Positions 55,901-63,790 of a DNA stretch of 64,000 nucleotides are shown piece after piece (positions within the stretch are counted from its first letter, which is position 1; every line of letters begins with the position of its first letter). Under the pieces are notes generated by a model, which did no database searches, was not told the origin of the DNA, and saw nothing but the letters and a program-made list of their open reading frames with translations. A program made the position numbers and the translations under genes. Source of the DNA: an uncultured Clostridia bacterium (lineage in GTDB: Bacteria > Bacillota > Clostridia > TANB77 > CAG-508); the NCBI GenBank assembly GCA_947630185.1, contig CANRGT010000002.1:45467-109466 (forward strand), given 5' to 3'.

Positions 55901-58514
55901 AGTAGAATTACAAATAAAGAAACATACAGAAGATGGAAATGAAGAAATAGTTGCAACTCATACTGTAACAAGAGAAGATAACTTACTACAAGAACCAAAA
56001 GCTTTAGAAAAAACAGAAGAAACTTGGCAATATACATTTACAGGTTTACCAAAATATAATGAAAAAGGAGAAGAAATAGAGTATTTCATCGGAGAAAATG
56101 AAGAAGCGGATGAATTAAAATATTATAGTGCTTCTATTGATCAAAATCAAAATACAATAACAAATACATATAATGGACCAATAATAAGCAGTAATAAGAA
56201 AGTAACAACTCAATATGGAGAAAATTATGTATTAGAAGGAGAAATAGTAACATATACAATTACAGTAACAAATGCTGGAGAGGAAGAAAAAGAAGTAAAA
56301 GTACAAGACAATATTCCAGCTGGAACAACATTTGTAGAAGGTTCAATTCAAGTAAATGGAGAAAGTATGTATACATCTGGAGGAGAAGAAATAGACCTAA
56401 GGACATATAATGCTAAGAACCTAAGTGAAGGAATAATGGTAACAGTACCAGCCAAATCATTAAATACAGAAAATGGACAAATAACTTTAAGCTTTAAAGT
56501 AAGTATAAACCAATTAGAAGAAGACATATTTACAAAGAGAATAACTAATACAGCAAAAGTAGATGAAAAAGATACAAATGAAGTAGAAGTATTAGTAAAT
56601 AAAACGAAGGTAACATATAAGAAGACAAGTGAGCCAGAGACAGGAAGCAAAGTAGTAGCAGGAGATATAATAACATATAGAATAGAGGCACAAAATACAG
56701 GAACAGCACCAGCAAACATTAAGATATCAGACACAGTACCAAAAGGAACAACATATGTAGAAGATAGCATAAATATAATACAAGAATTAATAGCATATGT
56801 AAAAATATATACAATAGAGGAATTGAATGAAGGAATAAGCTTAAGACTTCAAAACGGGGAGAAGGTAGTAGTAGAGTTTAAGGTAAAAGTAAATGAGTAC
56901 CTAAAGAATGGAACAACAATAAGGAACGTAGCAGAGATAAATGGAATACCAACAAATGAAACAGAGCACATAGTAGAAGCATCGAACTTAGAGATAGAAA
57001 GTTCTATTACAAAGAGTGGTACAGAAAGCATAGCAAGTTCAAAACAAGAAGTAAATTATTATATAGAATATCATGCAGTAGTAAAAGACTACATAGGAGA
57101 ATCAACATTAACAGTAACAGATACATTACCATATAAAATAGATGAAGAGAAATCAGAATTAAATGGTGGAAAATATGATGATAATTTACAAACAATAACA
57201 TGGATAGAAGACTTAGGAACTATCAACACAGTAGAAAACGGGGAAAAACAAATAGACTTTGAAAAAGACATAAAAGTAGTATTCAAAAACCTAGATGCAA
57301 GTCAACATAAAATGACAAACTATGTAAAAGGAAGAATAGAATTTGCAGAAAATGATACAAAGGACGAAGTAGAAGATAGTCATATAACAAATATAGACAT
57401 ACCAGCAAAAGTAGTAGTAAGATACTTAGAGAAAGAAACAGGAGAAGTACTATTACCAGAGAAGATAATAGAAGGTTATGTAGGAGATCCGTATGAAACA
57501 ACAAGAGAAACTATAGAAAATTATAGAGCAGCAGAGCCAGAACCAGAAAATAGCCAAGGTAAGATGGAAGAAAATGATAATGATGAAGAAAATACAATTT
57601 ATGTAACCTACTATTATGAGAAGATACCAAGTGGAAAGATAACAGTAAAATATGTAGATATGGACACAGGAGAAGAAATAACCTATGAGGAGCAAAGAGA
57701 AGACGGAAATAGTGAAAGAAAGACATATAGAGAAGAAATGCAAGGATATGTAGGAGAAAAATATGTAACAGAGCAAAAAGAAATACCATACTACAAATAC
57801 TTAGAAGACTTAAAACCAACAAATGGAGAAGGATACTATACAGAAGATGATGATACAGTAATGTACTATTACAGAAAATTAGAATTCAATATATCAGTAG
57901 AAAAGAACATAGTAGGAGCAAGTATAAATGGAGAGCCAATGAGCATAAGAAATAATAAGCTAATAAAGATGGAAGTAGTAGCATCAAAAGCATTAACAAC
58001 GAAAGTAGAGATAGAATATGAAGTAATAGTAAAAAATACAGGAGAGTTAAAAGGTAAGGCAAAAGTAGAAGAGAACATACCAGAGGGCTTAAAAGTATCA
58101 AGTAAGAATCCAGAGTATTGGAAACAAGAAAATGGAAAACTAACAAAAGAAGTAGAGCTAGAAGCAGGAGGAGAAGAGAAACTAGGAGTAGTACTAGAGT
58201 GGAAGAATGGAAACAGTAACTTTGGAGACATGAACAACATAGTAAGAGTAGTAAATGTAGAAAACCCAGCAAATTATTTAGAAACAACAGAAGAAGATAA
58301 CACATCAGAAGCAGAAGCAATAATAAGTGTAAAGACAGGAGCAAGTGAAAAATTATTAACAGTAATCTTAGGAACAATAGCAAGTTGCGGAGCATTAGTA
58401 CTACTATACGAATATGAAACCTATCAAAGAGAAAGAGGAGTAGCAATAAGACACGTGGTATTAGATGGACAAAATGTAGTAATAGTAAAGAAGAAACAAG
58501 GTAAAAAGGCATAA
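43986..58514 (+). CDS. Giant multi-domain surface protein (4842 aa from the ATG): an A-type N-terminal module fused to stalk, propeller, MucBP-like, Cna-B and DUF11-like modules
   Basis: The track start (43965) is TTG. GGAGG at 43971-43975 favours the ATG at 43986 (MNENPNQNEN...). The domain order is:
- A Lys-rich cytoplasmic N-terminus and a signal-anchor TM helix (LLVGASVLATAIVLVIALIGSY).
- An A-type module (GNVKFDAFFL...GYLENGVITIEAENF; ILGRIPYVENK...VYYSENAEA...NNW).
- SpaA/Cna-B-like prealbumin-fold domains (GATYYIKEE...DESGTLTLKDLYVDRTYVINEIKNPDNYEL).
- Seven propeller-type repeats.
- VHHY...YYY MucBP-like modules.
- A duplicated ~660-aa block.
- A Cna-B-like domain (ITVTKKWNHENNTYEIPDKVELQIKK...).
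- DUF11-like motifs (GEIVTYTITVTNAGEEEKEVKVQDNIPAGTTFVEGS; AGDIITYRIEAQNTGTAPANIKISDTVPKGTTYVEDS).
- A C-terminal SVKTG plus a TM helix plus a basic tail. Confidence 0.9.
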   Translation: MNENPNQNENLNEKEKIPETISPKAKKKKVREKAKIIKAKRKAQAEANNNKAEKQAKSLKQKLLVGASVLATAIVLVIALIGSYNQIKPQEMGEIARSMTYDKVNPGDENVPETSGNVKFDAFFLRDLTGDGEAESIRGTCKEIGEESTLYMNLEVQNKGYLENGVITIEAENFYLQTSIPKDEEVQESAIGNDIKEIKLNKIDTGNEKLLTGMVHSGDYSHSSTKASAIGNDITKYSKKGKVTLTGKYKQDEQDEGVEIKKEVQFYVDWHGTVKAEMPSYLAGTPNLDKEQDIKTAINKDNKTFTVNHIIGMQEVNNLLNIKTAYIETEIPLLNGYEPNTVRVTGSNVVFTYDPSTGVLKAHKDVVLDDSKVITEQAYDGIYTVDNNNYRYNKFNIEIVYPLEAYEKIGSDIIEHKITVKGYYEGYNNENSEFYNPYRSNKVNGTFTLRIKNPNVTSEHFDVTVGKYACEPSVRYIVSKEKPLRIYNGLSEKEDNDIYTVRWEGYTGSNGADKTIIMKETKNDEEQSDEFVKADKQNESMENVTSNIGIYFSNANNTLGEDGEIKVYDDELNELLITFNKYNWNKYSESNPYTYDRPVKHIRIETSKAKANSSLYVYNIKKLDNEYITTNYTQEEFDALKEIKSTLNGYLDDIHINEDTHSANYETPYTIAEIALSKNTLSTQETENNFEITLKAEANTAFNQELWQNGAFLLKLPNIVNVEINGVRSTNQDVRIVSCEKYKEGENYYIKINTENDTPTTFDLIIYCNITPDPRIIAKTEEIELQYSNKNAVVYWNEVQDTNDLNGNLDKEEKIGKATKSLKLESPDSLLTSETITEYDNNESITIAPQVASIEKTQNSAQINIQLINNCSNQVSKVSILGRIPYVENKNVITNEELGSEFNVQMQEKIELQDNLKSIAKVYYSENAEATKDVNGEGNNWKDNPEDFTNIKSYLIDFEDNIIDKNANYEISYKVTIPNDVSYNQVSYSHHAVYFNVNSTEGSYTTQIQPNKVGLRIVKQYDLELLKNQKEKESAVAGATYYIKEENAKEGKTRVTDESGTLTLKDLYVDRTYVINEIKNPDNYELNTEEIKFRVTEENGLLKLADEPAVDENAGSIELIQPVEGQKYKVQIKVEDEVKANLKIVKTQKESQETKIKGVRFKITGNNFENGKNITTNENGEALFTGLSIGQEYTLEEIKADGYYLGGQIKVTINKDGEGNYTASVTEENNQKTVSSTSSQEENNIPTVTLNIENEKIPEYKLIINKVAKGEGNTPLKEAKFRLFKGTEKIGDYETDAQGSITIPNLCKLDQTYTLKEILAPKGYAKVKDITFYVTRNEEGSLTMEIKDGKVKEKVLDDANNTVTITIEDSPTFKLIKKDGESDAVLPGTKFAIYNVDDGSAQLALDSKYNILGEKEVINGKTYYTLTTNDEGEIEADLGEGLYKAVELKANDDKYDITNKEYYFGIGASRETEDMPVTTFATSFSGAYDDEITSVLATSDGGYIVGGYCSNDINYLNGLLIKYNVNNEEEWKNSIGLYYGDEKVTSISATSDGGYIVGGSFSGTLSVGDYILHGNSSLYSDGLLIKYNANNEVEWAMNFGGYYKDMVTSVLATSDGGYIVGGYFSGSITVGDYVLSNESSYNSDGLLIKYNANNEVEWATSFGRSRDDQITSISETSDGGYIVGGYFSGSITVGDYVLNTGSLYNFDGLVIKYKANGEVEWATNFGQSNDDKITSVLATSDGGYIVGGYFSGSITVGDYVLNTKSSYNSDGLLIKYNANNKVEWATSFGGSRDDQITSISETSDGGYIVGGCFQGKSILIGNYKVNNNGSEIYKEGLLIKYKPNTNLNNPDKYVVDWAKSIGGAVDDSINLAVELQDGTILAGGSFKSTTVETDDEKLTNNSKSTSYSDGMLLKVAKMTNVPEVEELKVDNSIKEFKITTYVEEINGEKGGSISEGEIVKYGNSSTSEIKMIPKNDYEIIKVTINGVEQSFTPDQDGSYTLGKFDDVKENKHVVVTYAKKSNKIVIKKVDSKTESPMGGIKFKIDQINEGEVDESTLYHTTVETNKEGKIVTELPYGKYSITEVNTPEGYVKFENSIVIEFKEDSKTVVNGTENAKYNNNDKEYIISNTPLSKVTVHHYLRDENGKTEVAPDDFLYGKEGEQYITRLHLDLEKYEPEKNEDGTYNVPKGASGNYEEADKEVTYYYVERKIPLTVHHYIKGTQNSVLLSDGSLAKDNIQYGKQGEAYKTEALKPKELAQQYKLVETPANSQGIYTGSEIVVTYYYDFISSAFTITNVDENDNPMGGVEFLLVNKKNGETKHLITDDKGTATVEVAIGDYTLTQLKTLEGYKLSEKQWDINIKMGEDNAITIKNEQIHEFDLEILKLNAETKKEMEGIRFALKHDIIVQNKQTGEIYKNEIIENYITDENGTIILNGLESEKVYTLVEKTRGYISSLQEIQFIIHYKYGTYQIEILKGSSEDIEVYNNNVFIKIYNTYDLKITKQNENGELLPDAKFVITDMNGNIVLDGDNNPVGNLELINGKPLAVLTTDANGEITENLLPGTYILTEVQAPDGYILPEKMEDRQNIIEISGIGDGSFYVEKESVKIYEDTTFNELLSMLEMQNIEIIDRHPTNDKGYIIAGCLTENANIDGYYTESGESINLTIEGEEERGINFIITPNNKIKSVLCIENSSENSYSNIEKTIRTNDNKYISIGHYAGKIYIPANYTKEGKEISLETSEEMAWFIIQYDENGKVESFNNVADIINQIESYDLRIIDNGSEIVLECYFDDESCTIPAEQTVDSKEIVLNNISGEIYININSEGKVINAYTFKYLEDMGFEINSVTPMPSKGVIVTGGAYNNIIFDKNQTTSGKEITLYDGLAIIKYNAEGKVEWANNIESNYLYFDLIKEVSNSYLCAVNYEGYLYIPAEYTKYGDEIYLESQNYEQVALIKYDAEGKVEWAINNDEGSQERYGGSYLYLDIGKTDNGYCIILDGYEEPGPVLLDAETYSRYSYEPPMLINYVEKENKIPTEQVVKNIENESIHYFDLEITKLDSDTKETIEGVDFSIEYTDKNLELKILPPPLPEEQALNNDYEDYGYPESFMNGMLSDHVNTYERKIKEKRTTDESGKIILQNLENERVYTLVEKSNTKGYINNKQEIRFAVHYKNGEYSVEVLKGNADDIIIEGNKIKINIYNDPNFKLIKQNKVGKLLAGSKFTITNNEGEEVKDGNGNLIGVIEEINGEPLRVITTKEDGTIKENLLPGTYILTEVQAPKGYKLPEDPEARKHTIEIAETGNIEVKDVIEPNINNLEEIFKDEKIYASSKNINEDGSFIISGGLNENVKIDEIYTESGEPIELNKSEGMCDAINIIANAEGKIKHIIQINGIGSNSASTTITSIKTKENKYIVLGMYTGTIEIPKEKTVDNQERTLTTEEYEDTFMAIYNEEGKLEQINSIVNISPLLLYGESSVTLQQNDTNTMITIDYVDEYEFIIPKDKTADSKQIELYYIYGPVVINLNEDGKVISAFINPEISIPYEVQVGYGIITKDGGVLIGGYINDTFEFDGSETANGENIVVDNYDDGILIKYDADGKVEWAKMLGAEQGGYGFVSEVTEGYIGVAYYQGNVIIPKQDTQSGNEIVVEAQTDSNNCMLIKYNEDGEVEWAKRIDDIDLNSEEGNYYFNIQETKEGFSLIVEKQENEISTYKIINYKENDNNSKEIVLTIDNEGNPTKVVVHHYIEGTNQRVPSNEDGQVVQDEEKTGFVGDIYTTEASPNINQYFEFASNGETEATGEMTEEQKEVIYYYRLKNVQVEQNELSKTATSKIIRENQEIDYTITYHGKVTEYIGNAKVTIVDTLPYKIDESSKEKIEGLENWTYSEEDGIPTLTYEKTIENINGTEEIDIEEQLELVFVEVNYGLKTIENKAKATLYLETAKSTHETEEAIAQTEIEITKDITVTKKWNHENNTYEIPDKVELQIKKHTEDGNEEIVATHTVTREDNLLQEPKALEKTEETWQYTFTGLPKYNEKGEEIEYFIGENEEADELKYYSASIDQNQNTITNTYNGPIISSNKKVTTQYGENYVLEGEIVTYTITVTNAGEEEKEVKVQDNIPAGTTFVEGSIQVNGESMYTSGGEEIDLRTYNAKNLSEGIMVTVPAKSLNTENGQITLSFKVSINQLEEDIFTKRITNTAKVDEKDTNEVEVLVNKTKVTYKKTSEPETGSKVVAGDIITYRIEAQNTGTAPANIKISDTVPKGTTYVEDSINIIQELIAYVKIYTIEELNEGISLRLQNGEKVVVEFKVKVNEYLKNGTTIRNVAEINGIPTNETEHIVEASNLEIESSITKSGTESIASSKQEVNYYIEYHAVVKDYIGESTLTVTDTLPYKIDEEKSELNGGKYDDNLQTITWIEDLGTINTVENGEKQIDFEKDIKVVFKNLDASQHKMTNYVKGRIEFAENDTKDEVEDSHITNIDIPAKVVVRYLEKETGEVLLPEKIIEGYVGDPYETTRETIENYRAAEPEPENSQGKMEENDNDEENTIYVTYYYEKIPSGKITVKYVDMDTGEEITYEEQREDGNSERKTYREEMQGYVGEKYVTEQKEIPYYKYLEDLKPTNGEGYYTEDDDTVMYYYRKLEFNISVEKNIVGASINGEPMSIRNNKLIKMEVVASKALTTKVEIEYEVIVKNTGELKGKAKVEENIPEGLKVSSKNPEYWKQENGKLTKEVELEAGGEEKLGVVLEWKNGNSNFGDMNNIVRVVNVENPANYLETTEEDNTSEAEAIISVKTGASEKLLTVILGTIASCGALVLLYEYETYQRERGVAIRHVVLDGQNVVIVKKKQGKKA
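48430..49735 (+). repeat. Seven tandem beta-propeller-type repeats (SBBP-like) inside the giant gene; three consecutive 189-nt units (48804..49370) are near-identical at the DNA level
   Basis: The repeat consensus is ITSV(L/S)(A/E)TSDGGYIVGGYFSGSITVGDYVLN..S.YNSDGLLIKYNANNEVEWATSFG.S.DD. Unit starts read at 48804, 48993, 49182 and 49371 give an exact 189-nt period. Confidence 0.85.
51111..55170 (+). repeat. Internal tandem duplication of a ~2-kb (~660-aa) block within the giant gene (about 51111-53110 and 53115-55170)
   Basis: The two blocks are collinear. Each starts H(E/Y)FDLEI(L/T)KL(N/D)..TKE..EG(I/V).F and contains YTLVEK..(K)GYI...QEI.F..HYK.G.Y..E.LKG. Each also has LLPGTYILTEVQAP.GY.LPE followed by a degenerate propeller region with (L/A)IKY(N/D)A(E/D)GKVEWA motifs. 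Confidence 0.8.
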
Positions 58515-58607
58515 AAGAAAAGCAAAAAGCAACGAAGTAAAAATCAAAAGAACAAAAGATAAAACAAAGTAAACAAAGGCTAAGAGCCTACAAAAAACAA
58601 TAAAAGT

Positions 58608-58641
58608 AAAAAAGTATTTCTGTAAGAAGAAATACTTTTTT
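58608..58641. terminator. Bidirectional rho-independent terminator between the giant gene and the convergent 58665..59153 gene
   Basis: A perfect 14-bp stem, AAAAAAGTATTTCT (58608-58621) with AGAAATACTTTTTT (58628-58641), has a 6-nt loop. The A-run and T-run are built into the arms. Confidence 0.8.
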
Positions 58642-58664
58642 ACTTATATATATACATGAAAAAA

Positions 58665-59153
58665 TTATGTATGTGAAAATATATATCCGATTCCGCCAAA
58701 TGAAATTGCTGTAATTGTAAGAACTATAATTCCAGCTGTAAGCACTCCTACAACAATTGGAGGAATTGCTTTCTTAGGTGGCAAATTTAAAAAGTTAGCA
58801 ATAAGTGAACCTACCCATGCTCCTGTACCAGGAAGCGGAATAGCAACAAACAAAAATAAACCCAAGGCAGTAAAATTTTGAAGCCTAGCATTATTTTCAA
58901 TATTCTTTGTTGCTTTTGCAGAAGCCCAATCTATGATTATTCTAAAAGGTTTCCACCTTCCAAAAAAATCAAATAAAGGACGAATATATTTAACAATAAA
59001 ATAAATAGGAACGATATTCCCTATAAAGCTACATATAAATGCTTCAAAATAAGATAGACCCATTCCAACACCTATTGGAATAGCACCTCTTAGCTCTATA
59101 ATAGGAACCATACCTACAAAAAACGTAATTAAATATTTTAATATAACTGGCAT
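58665..59153 (-). CDS. Small multidrug-export-like membrane protein (COG2426-type)
   Basis: The 162-aa product has 4 predicted TM segments. The N-terminal FFVGMVPIIELRGAIPIGVGMGL and the PLPGTGAWVGSLIA motif resemble the small multi-drug export family. The assignment is by recollection only. Confidence 0.6.
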   Translation of the reverse strand: MPVILKYLITFFVGMVPIIELRGAIPIGVGMGLSYFEAFICSFIGNIVPIYFIVKYIRPLFDFFGRWKPFRIIIDWASAKATKNIENNARLQNFTALGLFLFVAIPLPGTGAWVGSLIANFLNLPPKKAIPPIVVGVLTAGIIVLTITAISFGGIGYIFSHT

Positions 59154-59336
59154 AATTTTAATCCTTTTCTTTATTTTAATAATGTTATTATAGCAACTCT
59201 CTTTTTATTAGTCAATACAATTTTAAAGGTTAGATTATTTTATGCAAAAAATTAACTAGTTTTACAATTTTATAAATTGAAAAGTTAAATGCGATTATAT
59301 TGAGCAAAATTTTTACAAAAAAACCAAGCAAAACCA

Positions 59337-59366
59337 TTGACACAAGCTCTATGAATATGATATACT
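59337..59366 (+). promoter_or_regulatory. Putative sigma-A promoter upstream of rpoB
   Basis: TTGACA (59337-59342), an 18-nt spacer, then TGaTATACT (59358-59366). This would give a ~210-nt leader containing hairpins (AGGAATT/AATTCCT at 59436-59456; TTACGGAAATG/CATTTCGTAA at 59455-59500). Confidence 0.5.
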
Positions 59367-59583
59367 TATTGGGTAAATTTTAAAATAAACATAAAATACA
59401 CTTTAAATCTCGTTATGTTAATTTAAATAAAAAGAGGAATTGTTCTATAATTCCTTACGGAAATGGGATGTTTGGAGAGCAGGAACAAAACATTTCGTAA
59501 ACCAATTATAGAAACAAGAAGGACTTTTTATTTAATCATCATAAATATTTTTTTCTGCTTAATATTTATTAGGGGTGATTTTT

Positions 59584-62500
59584 TTGTTAAAAGAAATTAA
59601 ACACGAGAAATGTTCTCGCAAAACTTTTGCAAAAATCGGCGATTCAATCGAAATGCCAAACTTAATTCAAGTTCAGAAAGATTCCTACAATTGGTTCATA
59701 GAAGAAGGCTTAGGAGAAGTACTTGCAGATATTTCCCCAATTGTTGACTATTCTGGAAATCTTGTACTTGAATTCTTAGACTACTACATGGAAGAAAAAA
59801 CAAAATACACACTAGAAGAAGCTAAAGAGCGTGACGCAACTTATTCTACAAGATTACACGTTAAAGTAAGACTAATCAATCGTGAGACAGGAGAAATTAA
59901 AGAGCAAGAAATTTATCTTGGTGATTTCCCACTTATGACAGATAGTGGAACTTTCGTAATAAACGGTGCAGAAAGAGTTGTTGTTAGCCAGTTAGTTCGT
60001 TCACCAGGATGCTATTATGCACAAGACTTTGATAGCAAAACAGGTAGAAGAATTTACACCTCTACTGTTATGCCTATTCGTGGTGCATGGATAGAATATG
60101 AAACAGACGGAAATGATGTTTTCTACGCTAGAGTAGATAGAACAAGAAAAATTCCTGTTACAACATTATTAAGAGCATTAGGAATTACTACAGATGAAGA
60201 AATGATACAACTATTTGGAGAAGAAAACAAATTAGTAACAACAATCCAAAAAGACCCTATTAAAACTCAAGATGAAGCTTTAATTGAAATCTACAGAAAA
60301 TTAAGACCAGGTGAACTTCCAACAGCAGATGCTGCAAGAAACTTATTCAATGGTCTATTCTTCGATAAAAGAAGATATGACTTAGCAAAAGTTGGTAGAT
60401 ACAAATTCAACCAAAAATTAAACTTAGCAACAAGAATTACAGGTAGAATTGCATATAGCGACATTGTAGATGCAGAAACAGGCGAAGTATTAGTAGAAAA
60501 AGATGCTACAATTACAGAAGATGTAGCAATTAAAATTCAAGACCTAGGAATTAACATGGTAGATGTTAATGTTGATGGAAAACCAGTTAGAGTAATTGGT
60601 AATGCCACAGTTAACATCCATAGTGTTTTACCAAAAGTAGATTTAAGTGATTTACATATTAAGGAAATGGTAAACTACACAGTATTAAAATCAATAATTG
60701 ATACAACAAACAAAAAAGATTTACATGATGTAATTAAAGAGAGAATTGATGAGCTTATTCCAAAACATGTTACAACAGAAGATATTATAGCTTCTATCAG
60801 TTATTTATTAAACTTAGAGCATGGTTTAGGAAATGTAGATGATATTGACCATTTAGGAAATAGACGTATTCGTTGCGTTGGAGAATTACTTCAAAATCAA
60901 TTTAGAATTGGTTTAACAAGACTAGAAAGAGTCGTTCGTGAAAGAATGACAATTCAAGACTTAGACGTAGTTACTCCACAAACTTTAATTAACACAAAAC
61001 CAATAACATCTTCAATTAGAGAATTCTTTGGTAGTTCACAATTATCACAATTCATGGACCAAACAAACCCACTATCAGAGTTAACTCATAAAAGAAGAAT
61101 TTCAGCATTAGGACCTGGAGGACTTTCTCGTGAGAGAGCAGGCTTCGAAGTTCGTGATATTCACTATACACACTATGGAAGATTATGCCCAATAGAATCA
61201 CCAGAAGGACCAAACGTAGGACTTATTTCAGCACTTTCATCATTTGCTATTATAAACGAATATGGATTTATAGAAACACCATATAGAAAAGTAGACCACA
61301 AAACTGGTGTTGTAACAGATGAAGTAGTATATATGTCAGCAGACCAAGAAGATAAATACATAATCGCACAAGCATCTGAACCAGTAGATGAAAAAGGCAG
61401 ATTTATAAATGATAGAATTCGTGTACGTCACAGAGAAGAAATAACAATGGTAGACAAAAACCAAGTAGATTTCGTAGACGTATCACCAAAACAATTAGTA
61501 TCTGTAGCTGCAGCCATGATTCCATTCTTAGAGCATGATGACGCAAAACGTTCTCTAATGGGTGCAAACATGCAACGTCAAGCAGTGCCTTTGCTTATGC
61601 CAGAAGCGCCAATAGTAGGAACAGGTATTGAATATAGAGCAGCTAGAGATTCAGGAATCACAGTTATTGCTAAAAATGAAGGTATCGTAGAAAAAGTAAC
61701 TGGTGATGAAATTCAAATTAGAAATAAGAAAGATGAATTAGATGTATACCATTTAAGAAAGTTCAAAAGAACAAATGGTGGTACATGTATAAACCAAAGA
61801 CCAGTTGTAAGTGTTGGCGAAAAAGTAAAAGAAGGAGAACTAATTGCCGATGGTCCAGCTACTAAAAATGGAGAAATGGCATTAGGAAGAAACGTACTAA
61901 TCGCATTCACAACTTGGGAAGGTTATAACTATGAGGATGCTGTTTTAATTAGCGAAAGATTAGTTAAAGAAGATGTATACACATCTATTCATATTGAAGA
62001 ATACGACTGCGAATGTCGTGATACAAAATTAGGTCCAGAAGAAATCACACGTGATATTCCAAACGTAGGTGATGACAGCTTAAAAGACCTAGATGAAAAC
62101 GGAATTATAAGAATTGGTGCAGAAGTAAGACCTGGAGACATCCTAGTTGGTAAAGTTACACCAAAAGGAGAAACAGAACTTACTGCTGAAGAAAGATTAT
62201 TAAGAGCAATCTTTGGTGAAAAAGCTAGAGAAGTTAGAGATACATCACTTCGTGTACCACATGGTGAAGCAGGAACAATAGTAGATGTTAAGATATTTAC
62301 TAGAGACAATTCAGACGAATTAGCACCAGGAGTAAATCAAGTAATTCGTTGCTATATTGCAACAAAGAGAAAAATCTCTGTTGGTGATAAAATGTCTGGT
62401 CGTCATGGTAACAAAGGTGTTATTTCAAGAATATTACCAGAAGAAGATATGCCATTTATGCCAGATGGTACACCAGTAGATATCGTATTAAACCCATTAG

Positions 62501-63339
62501 GTGTTCCTTCACGTATGAACTTAGGTCAAGTTCTAGAAGTACACTTAGGTATGGCAGCAAGAGCACTTGGCTGGAAGGTAGCAACACCAGTATTTGATGG
62601 TGCAACAGACGACGAAATAAAAGAATTATTTAGAAAAGCAGGACTTAGCGAAGATGGAAAAACAATAGTATATGATGGTAGAACAGGAGAGCCTTTTGAC
62701 CACCCTATTACAGTTGGTGTAATGTACATGTTAAAACTACACCACTTAGTAGATGACAAGATACATGCTCGTTCAACTGGACCATATTCACTTGTTACAC
62801 AACAACCTCTTGGTGGTAAAGCACAATTCGGCGGACAACGTTTTGGTGAGATGGAGGTTTGGGCACTAGAAGCTTATGGTGCTGCATATACATTACAAGA
62901 AATGTTAACAGTAAAATCAGATGATATCGTAGGAAGAGTAAAAACTTACGAAGCAATAGTTAAAGGCGAAAATGTACCAGAGCCAGGCGTACCAGAAGGA
63001 TTTAAAGTACTTATAAAAGAGCTTCAATCTTTAGGACTAGATGTAAGACTTCTATCAGAAGATAACCAAGAGCTTGAGCTAAAAGAAAACATTGATGACG
63101 GAATTGACTTTAACAGTATAGAAGATGCTAAGAAAATAGATGAACAAGTTGTAGATGAGTCAGAATTAACAGATGGCTATACAGAAGAAGGGGAAGACAC
63201 AGATAGCTTAGATGATGACATGGAAGATGATGATAGCTTATTTGAAGATTTAGATGATGAAGAAATTCTTTTAGATGATACAGACTTAGGGGAAGATAAC
63301 CTTTTAAATGATCAAGATTTGCTTGATGATGGAGAATAG
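59584..63339 (+). CDS. rpoB: DNA-directed RNA polymerase subunit beta
   Basis: The homology is unambiguous ([35 protein letters not shown], the conserved RpoB segment (rifampicin-resistance cluster region) [69 protein letters not shown]). The track start is GTG at 59575. The in-frame TTG at 59584 is 8 nt after AGGGG (59571-59575) and is my preferred start; either is possible. The C-terminal tail is acidic. Confidence 0.95.
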   Translation: MLKEIKHEKCSRKTFAKIGDSIEMPNLIQVQKDSYNWFIEEGLGEVLADISPIVDYSGNLVLEFLDYYMEEKTKYTLEEAKERDATYSTRLHVKVRLINRETGEIKEQEIYLGDFPLMTDSGTFVINGAERVVVSQLVRSPGCYYAQDFDSKTGRRIYTSTVMPIRGAWIEYETDGNDVFYARVDRTRKIPVTTLLRALGITTDEEMIQLFGEENKLVTTIQKDPIKTQDEALIEIYRKLRPGELPTADAARNLFNGLFFDKRRYDLAKVGRYKFNQKLNLATRITGRIAYSDIVDAETGEVLVEKDATITEDVAIKIQDLGINMVDVNVDGKPVRVIGNATVNIHSVLPKVDLSDLHIKEMVNYTVLKSIIDTTNKKDLHDVIKERIDELIPKHVTTEDIIASISYLLNLEHGLGNVDDIDHLGNRRIRCVGELLQNQFRIGLTRLERVVRERMTIQDLDVVTPQTLINTKPITSSIREFFGSSQLSQFMDQTNPLSELTHKRRISALGPGGLSRERAGFEVRDIHYTHYGRLCPIESPEGPNVGLISALSSFAIINEYGFIETPYRKVDHKTGVVTDEVVYMSADQEDKYIIAQASEPVDEKGRFINDRIRVRHREEITMVDKNQVDFVDVSPKQLVSVAAAMIPFLEHDDAKRSLMGANMQRQAVPLLMPEAPIVGTGIEYRAARDSGITVIAKNEGIVEKVTGDEIQIRNKKDELDVYHLRKFKRTNGGTCINQRPVVSVGEKVKEGELIADGPATKNGEMALGRNVLIAFTTWEGYNYEDAVLISERLVKEDVYTSIHIEEYDCECRDTKLGPEEITRDIPNVGDDSLKDLDENGIIRIGAEVRPGDILVGKVTPKGETELTAEERLLRAIFGEKAREVRDTSLRVPHGEAGTIVDVKIFTRDNSDELAPGVNQVIRCYIATKRKISVGDKMSGRHGNKGVISRILPEEDMPFMPDGTPVDIVLNPLGVPSRMNLGQVLEVHLGMAARALGWKVATPVFDGATDDEIKELFRKAGLSEDGKTIVYDGRTGEPFDHPITVGVMYMLKLHHLVDDKIHARSTGPYSLVTQQPLGGKAQFGGQRFGEMEVWALEAYGAAYTLQEMLTVKSDDIVGRVKTYEAIVKGENVPEPGVPEGFKVLIKELQSLGLDVRLLSEDNQELELKENIDDGIDFNSIEDAKKIDEQVVDESELTDGYTEEGEDTDSLDDDMEDDDSLFEDLDDEEILLDDTDLGEDNLLNDQDLLDDGE

Positions 63340-63349
63340 GAGAAATTAG

Positions 63350-63790
63350 ATGAAGAAAAAAATTATTGTATTAGCATTATTAATATTAGTTGTAATTATT
63401 GTAATTACTGTTATATCAAGTGTAAATTCTGGAAAAGAATATTTTTACTATGAAGCCCTTTATGAAGACATGAGTTTGCCAGAGGGATTATATAATCATA
63501 GTACACCAAAAAATGAATATTATTCTGTTAAAAGTTCTGGAGAAGGTAGCGTAAATTCACAAGCTATAAAATTTAATAACGATGAATTTAAGGAATTAAA
63601 AGGACAAATTGATGAATTACAAGAAATGTTAGAAAGCATTAAGAGTGAAGGAAAACTTGTAGCATTATCATATGCAAAAATAAAAATTAACGGAAAAGAA
63701 TATGGTGTATATAGTAAGCCAGAATTTGACCAAAAATTAAATGAAATATTAAGTAAAATGGATCAGAAATTACAAGAAGGACAGGAATAA
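63350..63790 (+). CDS. Hypothetical membrane-anchored 146-aa protein immediately downstream of rpoB
   Basis: The ATG is 10 nt after the rpoB stop and is preceded by GGAGAA. It has an N-terminal TM helix (IIVLALLILVVIIVITVISSV) and a coiled-coil-like C-terminal half (KELKGQIDELQEMLESIK). I recognise no family. Confidence 0.6.
   Translation: MKKKIIVLALLILVVIIVITVISSVNSGKEYFYYEALYEDMSLPEGLYNHSTPKNEYYSVKSSGEGSVNSQAIKFNNDEFKELKGQIDELQEMLESIKSEGKLVALSYAKIKINGKEYGVYSKPEFDQKLNEILSKMDQKLQEGQE

Noticed and set aside
57886-58512. Many long minus-strand ORFs rich in Leu/Phe/Ser inside the giant genes. Examples are 57886..58512 (208 aa), 7018..7653 (211 aa), 15423..15881, 16698..17168 and 56348..56770.
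   Set aside because: The coding strand is extremely purine-rich (GAA/AAA/GGA codons). The complement is therefore stop-poor and reads as L/F/S-rich pseudo-proteins. They have no start context and are all nested antisense within convincing CDSs.
63055-63339. The ~95-aa highly acidic C-terminal tail of RpoB ([32 protein letters not shown]...) as a possible novel fusion.
   Set aside because: As far as I recall, Firmicute RpoB proteins, including that of Bacillus subtilis, commonly carry acidic C-terminal extensions. It is noted but not treated as novel without an alignment.
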